Below, one piece after another: positions 16,924 to 26,476 of a stretch of 62,265 nt of DNA (its first letter is position 1; each line of letters starts with the position of its first letter). Where the stretch lies: contig DASVPL010000251.1 of the NCBI GenBank assembly GCA_036382905.1, positions 1 to 62,265 on the forward strand, written 5' to 3'. The DNA is from Thermoleophilaceae bacterium. GTDB lineage: Bacteria > Actinomycetota > Thermoleophilia > Solirubrobacterales > Thermoleophilaceae. Under the pieces are notes generated by a model that did not search any database, had not been told where the DNA came from, and worked only from the letters and a program-made list of their open reading frames with translations. The position numbers and the translations under genes were made by a program.

Positions 16924-18264
16924 ATGACGGCGATCGTCTGGTTCCGGCGCGACCTGCGCGTGCGCGACCACCCCGCGCTCCGGCGCGCGATCGCCGAGCA
17001 CGACCGGATCGTCCCGTTCTTCTGCCTCGACCCGCGGCTGCTGCACGGCCGCCACGCCTCCGGCCCCCGCACGCAGTTCATGCTCGAGTGCCTCGCCGAC
17101 CTGGACGAGTCGCTCGACGGCCGGCTCGTGGTCCGGCACGGACGGCCCGAGGAGGAGCTCGTGCGAATCGCGCGCGAGGCGGGCGCCGGGGACGTCTACT
17201 TCAGTGCCGACGTGAGTCCCTTCGCGCGGCAGCGGGGGAGCCGAGTCAATGAGGCGGGCCTGCGCCTCCACGCCTGCCCGGGCCTCACCGTGGTCGACGA
17301 CGTCGGCGCCCTCCAGACCGGCACCGGCCGCCCCTACACCGTGTTCTCCCCGTTCCATCGCCGCTGGTCCGGCGAGCCGCGCCGCGCCGTGCTGCGCGCC
17401 CCCCGCAAGCTCGCCGGCCCGAGCCTCTCCGGCGCGATCCCGTCGCTGACCGAGCTGGGCCTGCGCCAGGAGGTAGAGGAGCCGATGCCCGGCGGCGAGA
17501 CCGCGGCCCGCCGGCGGCTCGCCGCCTTCTCGATCGAGGACTACTCGCGGGAGGACCTCGAGAGCTCGTCGCGGCTCTCGCCGTACCTGCACTTCGGCTG
17601 CGTCTCGCCGCTCGAGGTCGAGACGCGCGAGCCGGGCCTCGGCCGCCAGCTCGCCTGGCGCGACTTCTACCACCACGTCATCCTGCGCTTCCCGCGCAAC
17701 GCCGTGCAGGAGCACCAGGAGCGCTACCGCGGCTCGCTCGCCTGGGACCACGACGGCGAGCTGCTGAGCGCCTGGCAGGAGGGCCGCACCGGCTACCCGC
17801 TCGTCGACGCCGGCATGCGCCAGCTCCGCCGCGAGGGCTGGATGCACAACCGCGCGCGGCTCGTGGTCGGCTCGTTCCTGACCAAGCACCTCGGGCTCGA
17901 CTGGCGCCTCGGCGAGCGCTGGTTCATGCGACTGCTGATCGACGGCGACGAGGCCAACAACAACGGCAACTGGCAGTGGATCGCCTCGGTGGGGGTCGAC
18001 CCGCAGCCGGCCTACCGGCGCCTCTACAACCCGGCGCGCCACCTGGAGCGCTTCGACCCCGACGGCACCTACGTGCGCCGCTACGTGCCGGAGCTACAGC
18101 GGGTGCCGATGACCCACCTGCCCGAGCCGTGGAAGATGCCGCCGGAGCTACAGCGCCAGGCCGGCTGCACGATCGGCCGCGACTACCCGGCGCCGATCGT
18201 CGATCACCGCGAGGCGCGCGCGGCGGCGCTCGAGCGGTACCGGTCCGCCGCGGCGGCCGCCTGA
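16924..18264 (+). CDS. phr: deoxyribodipyrimidine photolyase / cryptochrome family
   Basis: IVWFRRDLRVRDHPAL N-terminus; FAD-binding C-terminal blocks TGYPLVDAGMRQL, GWMHNRARLVVGSFLTKHL, NNGNWQW. Confidence 0.9.
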   Translation: MTAIVWFRRDLRVRDHPALRRAIAEHDRIVPFFCLDPRLLHGRHASGPRTQFMLECLADLDESLDGRLVVRHGRPEEELVRIAREAGAGDVYFSADVSPFARQRGSRVNEAGLRLHACPGLTVVDDVGALQTGTGRPYTVFSPFHRRWSGEPRRAVLRAPRKLAGPSLSGAIPSLTELGLRQEVEEPMPGGETAARRRLAAFSIEDYSREDLESSSRLSPYLHFGCVSPLEVETREPGLGRQLAWRDFYHHVILRFPRNAVQEHQERYRGSLAWDHDGELLSAWQEGRTGYPLVDAGMRQLRREGWMHNRARLVVGSFLTKHLGLDWRLGERWFMRLLIDGDEANNNGNWQWIASVGVDPQPAYRRLYNPARHLERFDPDGTYVRRYVPELQRVPMTHLPEPWKMPPELQRQAGCTIGRDYPAPIVDHREARAAALERYRSAAAAA

Positions 18265-19166
18265 GGCTCCGCCGGCGCCTGCGCCGAGACGAGCAGGTTG
18301 TAGAAGATCGCCGGCGGCAGCCGCCCCTCGAGCAGCCGTGCGTCCACCTGCTTGAGGCCCAGGTAGCCGAAGTACGCGTAGCGGATCCAGGCGAGCGGGA
18401 TGCTGTCCGGCTCGGCGGTTGACTCGAGCGTCCGGTTCATCCAGCCGAACAGGCCGGCCACGAGCTCCTCGCCGCGCACCCGCACGCCCTCGAACCCGGC
18501 GCCGGTGGCCAGCTCCTCGAGCTGCCCGGGGGTGAATGCGTGGACGTCCACAACGTGCTCGAGCGCGTGGTCGTGCCCGTCGCTCTCGGGCAGGCCCCGC
18601 TCGCGGGCGCCGAGGACCCGGCGCCAGGCCGGGGCGAGCGCCATCGCGGTGCGCTTGGGCACGCCCGCGATCCGGTCGCCGTGGCGCGAGGGCTCGCCGC
18701 AGAACGCGATCCGCCCGCCGGGCCGCAGCACGCGGCGGAACTCCCGGAACGCCGCGTCGAGGTCGGGCAGGTGGTGGAGGATCGCGTGCCCGAAGACGAG
18801 GTCGAACGAGTCGTCGGGGAACGGCAGCGCGTCGGCCTCGCTGCACGCGGTCTCCACCTGCACGCCGAGCCGCCTCGCCGAGTCCTCCAGCTCGCGCAGC
18901 ATCCCGGGCGAGATGTCGGTGGCCACGGCGGAGTCGATCATCCCGGCGCGCAGCAGGTTCAGCGTGAAGTAGCCGGTGCCGGCGCCGATCTCGAGCGCGC
19001 GGCCGAAGCGCCGGTCGGCGCCGAGCGCGCGGCGCATCTTGCCGACCACCTGCGCGCGCCCGTCGGGACCGTAGGAGATCCCCCACTTGGAGTCGTAGTC
19101 CGCGGCCGCCACGTCGTGGTAGCGCACGTTCACTTCCCTGATCTCCTCGTGTGAGACGGGCGGCAC
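18204..19166 (-). CDS. class I SAM-dependent methyltransferase
   Basis: Motif I ALEIGAGTGYFTLNL, post-I ATDISPGML, motif II DLVFGHAILHH. Confidence 0.8.
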   Translation of the reverse strand: MPPVSHEEIREVNVRYHDVAAADYDSKWGISYGPDGRAQVVGKMRRALGADRRFGRALEIGAGTGYFTLNLLRAGMIDSAVATDISPGMLRELEDSARRLGVQVETACSEADALPFPDDSFDLVFGHAILHHLPDLDAAFREFRRVLRPGGRIAFCGEPSRHGDRIAGVPKRTAMALAPAWRRVLGARERGLPESDGHDHALEHVVDVHAFTPGQLEELATGAGFEGVRVRGEELVAGLFGWMNRTLESTAEPDSIPLAWIRYAYFGYLGLKQVDARLLEGRLPPAIFYNLLVSAQAPAEPQAAAAADRYRSSAAARASR

Positions 19167-19179
19167 GGCGCGCGACTAT

Positions 19180-19974
19180 ATGCGCGACCGTCGCTATCGT
19201 CGCGCCGCCGTGTCCGAGCCTGCGAGCTACACGCAGCAGGACCAGCCGCCGGGGGTCCCGCCGCTCAGTCTGACGGGAGAGCGGACGCTTCCGGACGTCC
19301 CGGAGGAGAACTACTGGTACCGCCGCCACCTCGCGGTCTACCGCTGGGTGGCCGAGCGCTGCCGCGGCGTCGACGTGGTGGACATGGCCTGCGGCGAGGG
19401 CTACGGCACCGCGGTGCTGGCCGAGCGCGCCGCCCGGGTGACCGGCGTGGACGCGAATCCCGAGGCCTACGAGCACGCCCGCACGAAGTACACGCGCCCC
19501 GGCGTGCGCTTCGTGCGCGACCTCGTCGAGGGCTACTCCGAGCCCTGCGACGCCGTCGTCTTCCTCCAGACGATCGAGCACCTCGAGGACCCGAAGGCCG
19601 TGCTCGACCACTTCCGCTCGATCCTGCGCCCGGGCGGCGCGGCGTACGTCTCCACGCCCAACCTGCTCACGCTCGCGCCCCCCGGCGCGGAGAAGTCGGA
19701 CAACCCCTGGCACGTGCGGGAGTTCCGCGCCGAGGAGTTCCGCGAGCTGTGCGAGGCGAGCTTCGAGCGCGTCGAGCTGCTCGGGCTCTTCCACGCGCGC
19801 AAGCTCCGCGCGCACGAGCTGGCGATCAGCCACGGCTGGGACGACCTGCACCCGAAGCTCGGCATCACCAAGCGCTTCTACGACTGGTTCACGCCCGCGA
19901 TCTCGGAGCACGACTTCGCGCTGCGGCCGGCCCCGCTCGATGGGGCGCTCGACTTCGTCGCGGTCCTGCGATGA
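19180..19974 (+). CDS. class I SAM-dependent methyltransferase
   Basis: VDMACGEGYGTAVLA, VTGVDANPEAYEHAR, CDAVVFLQTIEHLEDP. Its stop overlaps the next start (ATGA). Confidence 0.8.
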   Translation: MRDRRYRRAAVSEPASYTQQDQPPGVPPLSLTGERTLPDVPEENYWYRRHLAVYRWVAERCRGVDVVDMACGEGYGTAVLAERAARVTGVDANPEAYEHARTKYTRPGVRFVRDLVEGYSEPCDAVVFLQTIEHLEDPKAVLDHFRSILRPGGAAYVSTPNLLTLAPPGAEKSDNPWHVREFRAEEFRELCEASFERVELLGLFHARKLRAHELAISHGWDDLHPKLGITKRFYDWFTPAISEHDFALRPAPLDGALDFVAVLR

Positions 19975-21446
19975 GCGCGCTGCGCGCGGACCCCGATCGC
20001 GGGCAGCTAGCGATCGTCCTCCACACACACATGCCGTACGTCGAGGGCTTCGGCACCTGGCCGTTCGGCGAGGAGTGGCTGTGGGAGGCGCTCACGGGCG
20101 TCTACCTGCCGCTGCTCGACGTGCTGCGCGACGCGCCGGTCACGCTCAGCCTCACGCCGGTCCTGTGCGACCAGCTCGAGGCGCTCGAGGGCGAGGCGGG
20201 CGAGCGCTACCTCAGCTTCATGCGCGAGATGCGCGCCCCGATCCACGCAGAGGACGCGCGCGGGCTCGACAGCGTGGGCGCGCACGACGCCGCCAACGAG
20301 CTGCGCCGCGCGGCCGCCGACTACCGCGAGGGCGAGCGCCGCTTCACCGAGCTGCGCGGCCGGCTCCTCCACGAGCTGCGCGAGCTCGACCGCCACTCGC
20401 CCGTGGAGCTGTGGACGAGCGCGGCCACCCACTCCGTGCTGCCGCTGCTCGCGACCGACGCCGGCCTGGGCCTCCAGGTGAGCACCGGCATCCGCTCGCA
20501 CGAGCGCCGCTTCGACGAATGGAGCGGAGGCTTCTGGCTGCCCGAATGCGCGTACCGCCCCGGGCTCGAGCGCGACCTGGCCGAGCACGGCGTGCGCGCG
20601 TTCTGCGTGGACCAGACCGAGTCGCTGGGGCTCGGCTCGCTCGACCAGCTCGAGCCGGTGCGGACCGAGCCCGGCCCGGTCGCCGTGCCGATCGACTGGG
20701 AGCTGACGAAGCTCGTGTGGGACTCCGCCGGGTATCCGTCAGCCGCGCTCTACCGCGACTATCACGGCCGCACCACCCACGACCTGCGCCCGTGGGACAA
20801 CGGCGGCGAGCCCTACCGCCACTGGCAGGCGCTCGTGCTCGCCCGCCGCCACGCGCGCGAGTTCGTCGCGCACGCCGCCGGGCGGCTCGACGCCTACCGC
20901 GCCGAGCGCGGGCGGCCGGGGCTGCTCTGCTGCGCGCTCGACACCGAGCTGCTCGGCCACTGGTGGTACGAGGGCCTGCGCTGGCTCGCGTTCGTGCTCG
21001 ACGAGGCGCGGCTGCAGGGCGTTCCGCTCGGCACGCTGCCGGACGCCCTGGACCGCGTCGAGGCCGTCGAGCGCCCGCTAGCCGCGGCGAGCTGGGGCAA
21101 GCCGAAGGACCTCACCACGTGGGACTCCCCGCGGGTGGCGGACATCGCGTTCGCCGCGCGGCGCGCCGAGCTCGACACGGTCGCCGCCGCCGCCGCCGCC
21201 ACCGCGCGCGACCGCGGCCCCGCCCTCCAGCGGGCGGTGCGCGAGCTGCTCGCGCTCCAGGCGAGCGACTGGGCCTTCCAGGTCACCCACGACCTCGCCG
21301 CCGACTACCCGCGCAAGCGTGTCGAATCCCACGCACGCGAGCTGGACGCCGCGCTCGCCGCTCTGAAAGACTCCGGCGCGCCACCCGACCCCGCTGTGCG
21401 CAACCTCGCACCGGACGTCGACCTGGCTCCGCTCTTCGCCACCTGA
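19971..21446 (+). CDS. glycoside hydrolase family 57 protein (1,4-alpha-glucan branching enzyme-like, DUF1957 C-terminal)
   Basis: LAIVLHTHMPYVEGFGTWPFGEEWLWEA is the GH57 N-terminal signature. Start ATG 19971 overlaps the upstream TGA. Confidence 0.85.
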   Translation: MSALRADPDRGQLAIVLHTHMPYVEGFGTWPFGEEWLWEALTGVYLPLLDVLRDAPVTLSLTPVLCDQLEALEGEAGERYLSFMREMRAPIHAEDARGLDSVGAHDAANELRRAAADYREGERRFTELRGRLLHELRELDRHSPVELWTSAATHSVLPLLATDAGLGLQVSTGIRSHERRFDEWSGGFWLPECAYRPGLERDLAEHGVRAFCVDQTESLGLGSLDQLEPVRTEPGPVAVPIDWELTKLVWDSAGYPSAALYRDYHGRTTHDLRPWDNGGEPYRHWQALVLARRHAREFVAHAAGRLDAYRAERGRPGLLCCALDTELLGHWWYEGLRWLAFVLDEARLQGVPLGTLPDALDRVEAVERPLAAASWGKPKDLTTWDSPRVADIAFAARRAELDTVAAAAAATARDRGPALQRAVRELLALQASDWAFQVTHDLAADYPRKRVESHARELDAALAALKDSGAPPDPAVRNLAPDVDLAPLFAT

Positions 21447-21462
21447 TGCCGCTCATCCCCAA

Positions 21463-22653
21463 GTGACGCGCGTACTGATCCTCTCGTGGGAGTACCCACC
21501 GCTGATCGAGGGCGGGCTGGCCCGGCACGTGCGCAAGCTGGCCGAGAACCTCGTCGGGCTCGGGGTGGAGGTGCACGTGCTCACGCGCGGCCACGAGGAG
21601 TCGCCCGCCGAGGAGGAGCTGCGCGGCGTGATGGTGCACCGCGTGCGCGAGCCCGAGCGCCCGCGCGAGCTCGCCGAGTTCGTCACCTGGGTCGAGCACA
21701 TGAACGCGGACATGCTCGCCGCCGGGGTCGAGCTGGGCGACCGCTACGACTTCGACGTGGTGCACGGGCACGACTGGCTCGTGGCCGTCGCGGGCGATCA
21801 CCTCGCACGGCGCTTCCGCTGCCCGCTCGCCGTCACGATCCACGCCACCGAGTACGGCCGCCACCAGGGCTGGGTCGACAAGCACCCGCAGTCGCACATC
21901 CACGGCGTCGAGCGCTGGATGGCCAACCGCGCCGACCGGGTGATCACCTGCTCGGCGTACATGCGCGAGCACGTGGCCGACATCTACGGCCTCGAGGAGG
22001 ACCGGATCGCGGTGATCCCCAACGGGATCGACCCCAGCGACCTCGTCACCGTCGAGGACCTCGACGCGCTGCGCGCCCGCTTCGCGGCGCCGGACGAGCG
22101 CCTGGTGCTGCTGGTCGGCCGGCTCGTGTACGAGAAGGGCTTCCAGCTCGCGCTCGAGGCGCTGCCGGGGCTGGTCGAGCGCGTCGGCAACGTGCGCTTC
22201 CTGGTGGCCGGCTCGGGCACGCACGAGGACGAGCTGCGCGAGCAGGCGACAGAGCTCGGCCTCGACGAGCACGGCACGTTCCTCGGCTGGATCGGCGACG
22301 ACGTGCTCCACTCGCTCTACCGGATCGCCGACCTGACGGTGGTCCCGTCGATCTACGAGCCGTTCGGCCTGGTCGCGCTTGAGGCGATGGCCTCGGGCTG
22401 CCCCTGCCTCGTGGCCGACACCGGCGGGCTGCGCGAGGTGGTGCCGAACGACGAGGTCGGGCTGCGCTTCCGCTCGCGTGACCCGGAGTCGCTCGGGCGC
22501 ATGGCCGAGCGCCTGCTCACCGACGACGAGCTGCGCGACCGGCTGATCGCCGAGGCCTCAGAGCACGTCCTCACCTTCGATTGGGCCGACGTGGCCGAGC
22601 AGGCGCTGACGGTCTACGCCGAACTGGCGCGCGATCGCTCGCCCGCCACCTAG
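21463..22653 (+). CDS. GT4 family glycosyltransferase (alpha-glucosyltransferase/glycogen-synthase-like)
   Basis: VLILSWEYPPLIEGGLARHV N-terminus and the EX7E region PSIYEPFGLVALEAMASGCP. Confidence 0.85.
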   Translation: MTRVLILSWEYPPLIEGGLARHVRKLAENLVGLGVEVHVLTRGHEESPAEEELRGVMVHRVREPERPRELAEFVTWVEHMNADMLAAGVELGDRYDFDVVHGHDWLVAVAGDHLARRFRCPLAVTIHATEYGRHQGWVDKHPQSHIHGVERWMANRADRVITCSAYMREHVADIYGLEEDRIAVIPNGIDPSDLVTVEDLDALRARFAAPDERLVLLVGRLVYEKGFQLALEALPGLVERVGNVRFLVAGSGTHEDELREQATELGLDEHGTFLGWIGDDVLHSLYRIADLTVVPSIYEPFGLVALEAMASGCPCLVADTGGLREVVPNDEVGLRFRSRDPESLGRMAERLLTDDELRDRLIAEASEHVLTFDWADVAEQALTVYAELARDRSPAT

Positions 22654-22677
22654 CCGCCTTCATAGGATCGGCGAGCG

Positions 22678-24873
22678 ATGAGAGCGCTCGCGTCGTTCGT
22701 CACCGGTCGCCGCACCAAGCGGGTGGTGCCGGCCATCTGGCTCCTGCTCCTGCTGGTCTTCACGCCGCTGGGCGCGCAGCTCACGGACGCCGTGGACGAC
22801 CGCTTCGAGAGCTTCCTCCCCGACGACGCCCAGTCCACCGAGGTCGCCGAGCTCCAGCGCGAGCGCTTCCGCTCCGGCCAGACGGCCGACGGCCTCGTCG
22901 TCTATCGCCGCGAGGGCGGCCTCACGGCGGCGGACCGGCGCAAGATCCTGGCCGACGCCCAGGCCGCGCAGCGCGATCCCGACCTGCACCTGAAGCGCCC
23001 GCCGGTCGCGGCGGGGCAGCCGGGCGCGCCGGCCGACCTGTTCGCGCCGGATGGCGACGCGGCGCTCGCCAGCTACACGTTCGAGAACGACTTCGAGACG
23101 CTCGGCGACGAGGGCGAGGCGCTGCGCGAGATCACGGGGGACGGGGGCGGCGGCCTGGAGGTCTACGTCACGGGCCAGGCCGGCTTCGGGGCGGACTTCA
23201 AGGAGGTGTTCGGGGAGCTCGACACCAAGCTCCTGCTCGCGACGGTCCTGCTCGTTCTGGTGCTGCTCGGCGCCATCTACCGCTCGCCGCTGATCGCGAT
23301 ATCGCCGCTGATCGTCGTCGCCTTCGCCTACATGGTCGCCCAGGGGCTGATCTACCTCTACACGCAGACCGGCGCGGTGGTGAACAACAACGCCACGCAG
23401 ATCCTCGTGGTGCTGATGTTCGGGGTGGGGACCGACTACTGCCTGCTGCTCGTGTCGCGCTACCGCGAGGAGCTGCGGCGGGTGGAGGACAAGCACGAGG
23501 CGATGGCGCGCGCGATGCGGCGGACCGGCCCGGTGATCGTCGCGAGCGGCATGACCGTGTCGCTGACGATGCTGACGCTGCTCGTGGCGGACACGGGCTC
23601 GATCAAGTCGCTCGGCCCCGTGGCGGCGATCGGCGTGATGTGCGTGCTGGCGGCCTCGCTCACGCTGCTCCCGGCCCTGCTCACGATGTTCGGGCGTCCC
23701 GGCTTCTGGCCGCGGCGCGCCTCGGTCGAGTTCTCGCCCGACGACGAGGTGCACGAGCGCAGCGGCGTCTGGCGGCGCGTGGGCGGCCGCGTGCTGCGCC
23801 GTCCGGGGCTGGCGCTGATCGTCACGCTCGCGATCTTCGGCCTGGGATCGCTCGGGCTATTCGCCTACGCCGAGGACTACAGCACCGAGAACGGCTTCAA
23901 GCAGAAGACCGAGAGCGTGGAGGGCTTCAAGGCGCTGTCGGAGTCCTTCCCCTCCGGCGCGACCGACCCCTCGACCGTGATGGTGGTCCGCGAGCACGGG
24001 TCCGTGAACGATCGCGAGCTGGCCGCGGTGGCGGCGCGCGTGCAGAGCGACGGCGCCGTGGCCGCCGCGGCCCCCGTGCCGGAGCGCTCGACCGACGGCC
24101 GGATCGGCCAGGTCAGCGTCGTGTTCCGCGAGGATCCCTACACGCCCGCGGCGTTCGACGCCGTCCCGCGCATCCGCGACGAGGTGGCCGACGCGGTGCC
24201 GGGCGCGCGCACGATCGTCGGCGGCGGCGCGGCGGTCCAGTACGACTTCGACGCCTCGACCGAGCGCGACCTGAAGTGGATCGTCCCGCTCGGGCTGATC
24301 GTGATCGGCCTGATCCTGGCGCTGCTGCTGAGGGCGGCGGTCGCGCCGCTCGTTCTGATCGCGAGCGTGATGGCGTCGTTCTTCGGCACGCTCGGGATCT
24401 CGCTGCTGTTCTTCCGGCACGTGGTCGGCGACCCGGGGGTGGACGCCTCGCTGCCGGTCTTCGCGTTCATCTTCCTGGTGGGGCTCGGGATCGACTACAC
24501 GATCTTCCTGATGGGACGGGTGCGCGAGGAGGCGCGGATCCACGGCACGCGCGAGGGGACGCTGCGCGCGCTGGCCGCGACCGGGCCGGTCATCACCAGC
24601 GCGGGGATGATCCTCGCCGGGACCTTCTCGGTGCTGATCACGATGCCGATCACGTTCATGTTCAACATCGGCTTCATGGTCGCGCTGGGGATCCTGCTCG
24701 ACACGTTCGTCGTGAGGACGGTGATGGTCCCGGCGGCGGTCGAGGTGCTCGGCGACCGGATCTGGTGGCCGTCGGACCCCTCGGGCGGCGGCAAGGCGCT
24801 GAGCGAGGACAGGCCGGGCCCGCCCGAGCCGGCTACTCCCAGCGCAGCTCCCTCGGCGTCTCCCGCATCCTGA
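22678..24873 (+). CDS. MMPL family (RND superfamily) transporter
   Basis: 731 aa with two blocks of TM helices and conserved GTDYCLLLVSRYREEL and GIDYTIFLMGRVREE motifs. Confidence 0.85.
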   Translation: MRALASFVTGRRTKRVVPAIWLLLLLVFTPLGAQLTDAVDDRFESFLPDDAQSTEVAELQRERFRSGQTADGLVVYRREGGLTAADRRKILADAQAAQRDPDLHLKRPPVAAGQPGAPADLFAPDGDAALASYTFENDFETLGDEGEALREITGDGGGGLEVYVTGQAGFGADFKEVFGELDTKLLLATVLLVLVLLGAIYRSPLIAISPLIVVAFAYMVAQGLIYLYTQTGAVVNNNATQILVVLMFGVGTDYCLLLVSRYREELRRVEDKHEAMARAMRRTGPVIVASGMTVSLTMLTLLVADTGSIKSLGPVAAIGVMCVLAASLTLLPALLTMFGRPGFWPRRASVEFSPDDEVHERSGVWRRVGGRVLRRPGLALIVTLAIFGLGSLGLFAYAEDYSTENGFKQKTESVEGFKALSESFPSGATDPSTVMVVREHGSVNDRELAAVAARVQSDGAVAAAAPVPERSTDGRIGQVSVVFREDPYTPAAFDAVPRIRDEVADAVPGARTIVGGGAAVQYDFDASTERDLKWIVPLGLIVIGLILALLLRAAVAPLVLIASVMASFFGTLGISLLFFRHVVGDPGVDASLPVFAFIFLVGLGIDYTIFLMGRVREEARIHGTREGTLRALAATGPVITSAGMILAGTFSVLITMPITFMFNIGFMVALGILLDTFVVRTVMVPAAVEVLGDRIWWPSDPSGGGKALSEDRPGPPEPATPSAAPSASPAS

Positions 24874-25417
24874 TCAGCCGGGCGGGGACGCCGCCCACTA
24901 TCGCGTTGGCGGGCACGTCCCTCGTGACGACGGAGTTCGTCCCGATGATCGCGTTGTCACCGACCGTGACCCCGCGCAGGATGCACGCCCCGTACCCGAT
25001 CCAGACGTTGTTGCCGACCCGCACGTCGCGCTTGTAGATCCCCTGGAGGCGGATCGGGCGCTCGACCTCCACCACGCCGTGGTCGAAGTCGATCAGCATC
25101 ACGCGGTCGGCGATCACGCACTCGCGGCCGATCGACACGTGCTGGTAGGCCGAGATCGTGCACTCCTGGCCGAGCACGGTTTTGGCCCCGATCGAGACGA
25201 CCCCCTCGTGGCAGCGGATCTTCGTGCCGTGCCCGAGCCACGACCAGCGGCCGAGCTCGATGCGTCCCCTGCGGCCGATCTGGAGCACCACGCCCGGGCC
25301 GATGAACGCGAGCCCGTCGCTGTGCAGGCGCCTGTTCGTGAGCCGCCGCCGGAGCAGCCGGACGGCCAGGCGCGCGTACTTCGCGTTCAGCATCCGGTGA
25401 CGGCGCATGAAGCGCAT
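24833..25417 (-). CDS. hexapeptide-repeat (LbH) acyl/acetyltransferase
   Basis: The left-handed beta-helix repeats IGAKTVLGQECTISAYQHVSIGRECVIADRVMLID and VGNNVWIGYGACILRGVTVGDNAIIGTNSVV, followed by the C-terminal VPANAIVGGVPARLI. The start is set at ATG 25417, because the 25501 start would overlap the divergent meaB start. The 3' end overlaps the MMPL 3' end by 41 nt. Confidence 0.75.
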   Translation of the reverse strand: MRFMRRHRMLNAKYARLAVRLLRRRLTNRRLHSDGLAFIGPGVVLQIGRRGRIELGRWSWLGHGTKIRCHEGVVSIGAKTVLGQECTISAYQHVSIGRECVIADRVMLIDFDHGVVEVERPIRLQGIYKRDVRVGNNVWIGYGACILRGVTVGDNAIIGTNSVVTRDVPANAIVGGVPARLIRMRETPRELRWE

Positions 25418-25491
25418 CAGCGTCAGCGGGCCGCCGTGCAGCGGGGGAGGGGGGCGGCGGAGCACCGCGCGATCGTAGGATCTCCGGCTCG

Positions 25492-26448
25492 ATGACCCCA
25501 CTTGGCACCACCGCCGCCGAGCTGACCGGACGCCTGCTCGCCGGCGACAAGCGCGCGCTAGCCCGCGCGATCTCGCTGGTGGAGAACGACGACCCCGAGG
25601 GCTGGGCGCTCGTTCGCGAGGTCTACCCGAAGACCGGCCGCGCGACGATGGTCGGCTTCACCGGGCCGCCCGGCGTCGGCAAGTCCACCCTGATCGGCGC
25701 GATCGTGAAGAACGCGCGCGAGCGCGAGCGCCAGGTGGCGGTCCTGTCGATCGACCCGTCCTCGCCGTTCACCCACGGCGCGCTGCTCGGCGACCGGATC
25801 CGGCTGGCCGACCACTTCCTCGACCCCGGCGTGTTCATCCGCTCGATGGCGAGCCGCGGGTCGCTGGGCGGCCTATCGGAGGCGACGCTCCAGGCGGCGC
25901 TCCTGATGGACGCCTCGGGCAAGGACGACGTGCTGCTGGAGACGGTCGGTGTGGGTCAGGCCGAGGTGGACATCATCGACCACGCCGACACGGTGGTGCT
26001 CGTGCTGATGCCGGGCTCCGGCGACTCGATCCAGGCCCTGAAGGCGGGGGTGATGGAGATCCCCGACGTGATCGTGGTCAACAAGTCCGACCACCCGCTC
26101 ACCGACACGATGATCCGCGAGATCCGCGGTGTGCTCTCGCTCGGCCCGAGCGGATCGTGGAAGGTGCCGATCCTGCGGACCGAGGCTGCGAAGGGCGAGG
26201 GCGTGAGCGAGCTGGTCGAGAAGATCCAGGAGCATCGTGAGCACATCGAGGCCGAGGGGACGCTCCAGGAGCGCCGCCGCCGGAACCTGATGAACGAAGT
26301 GCTCGAGCTCGCGACGGTCCGCATGCGCCGCAAGCTCGACGCGACCGCCCGCGAGAACGACGAGGTGCACGCGCTGCTCGAGCGCGTGGTGAGCCGCGAG
26401 CTCGATCCCGCCTCGGCGGCGGCGCAGCTGCTCGAGCGGCTGACCTAG
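25492..26448 (+). CDS. meaB: methylmalonyl-CoA mutase-associated GTPase MeaB (ArgK)
   Basis: P-loop GPPGVGKSTL, ETVGVGQ, G4 motif VVNKSD. Confidence 0.85.
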   Translation: MTPLGTTAAELTGRLLAGDKRALARAISLVENDDPEGWALVREVYPKTGRATMVGFTGPPGVGKSTLIGAIVKNARERERQVAVLSIDPSSPFTHGALLGDRIRLADHFLDPGVFIRSMASRGSLGGLSEATLQAALLMDASGKDDVLLETVGVGQAEVDIIDHADTVVLVLMPGSGDSIQALKAGVMEIPDVIVVNKSDHPLTDTMIREIRGVLSLGPSGSWKVPILRTEAAKGEGVSELVEKIQEHREHIEAEGTLQERRRRNLMNEVLELATVRMRRKLDATARENDEVHALLERVVSRELDPASAAAQLLERLT

Positions 26449-26476
26449 CGGCGCCCGGCTCGGCGAGCGCCGGCCC

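Noticed and set aside
19749-19970. The track's start (19749) for the GH57 frame.
   Set aside because: It overlaps the methyltransferase CDS with an Arg-rich translation. The GH57 signature begins right after ATG 19971, which is coupled to the upstream stop.
22581-25037. 818-aa plus-strand ORF overlapping the MMPL gene in another frame.
   Set aside because: Its Arg/Gly/Pro-rich translation has no TM segments or motifs. The 22678..24873 frame gives a complete MMPL architecture.
25418-25501. The longer N-terminus (start 25501) for the hexapeptide acyltransferase.
   Set aside because: It would make the 5' ends of two divergent genes overlap (meaB starts at 25492) and would add a Pro/Arg-rich non-conserved leader. 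This is not excluded, just less likely.
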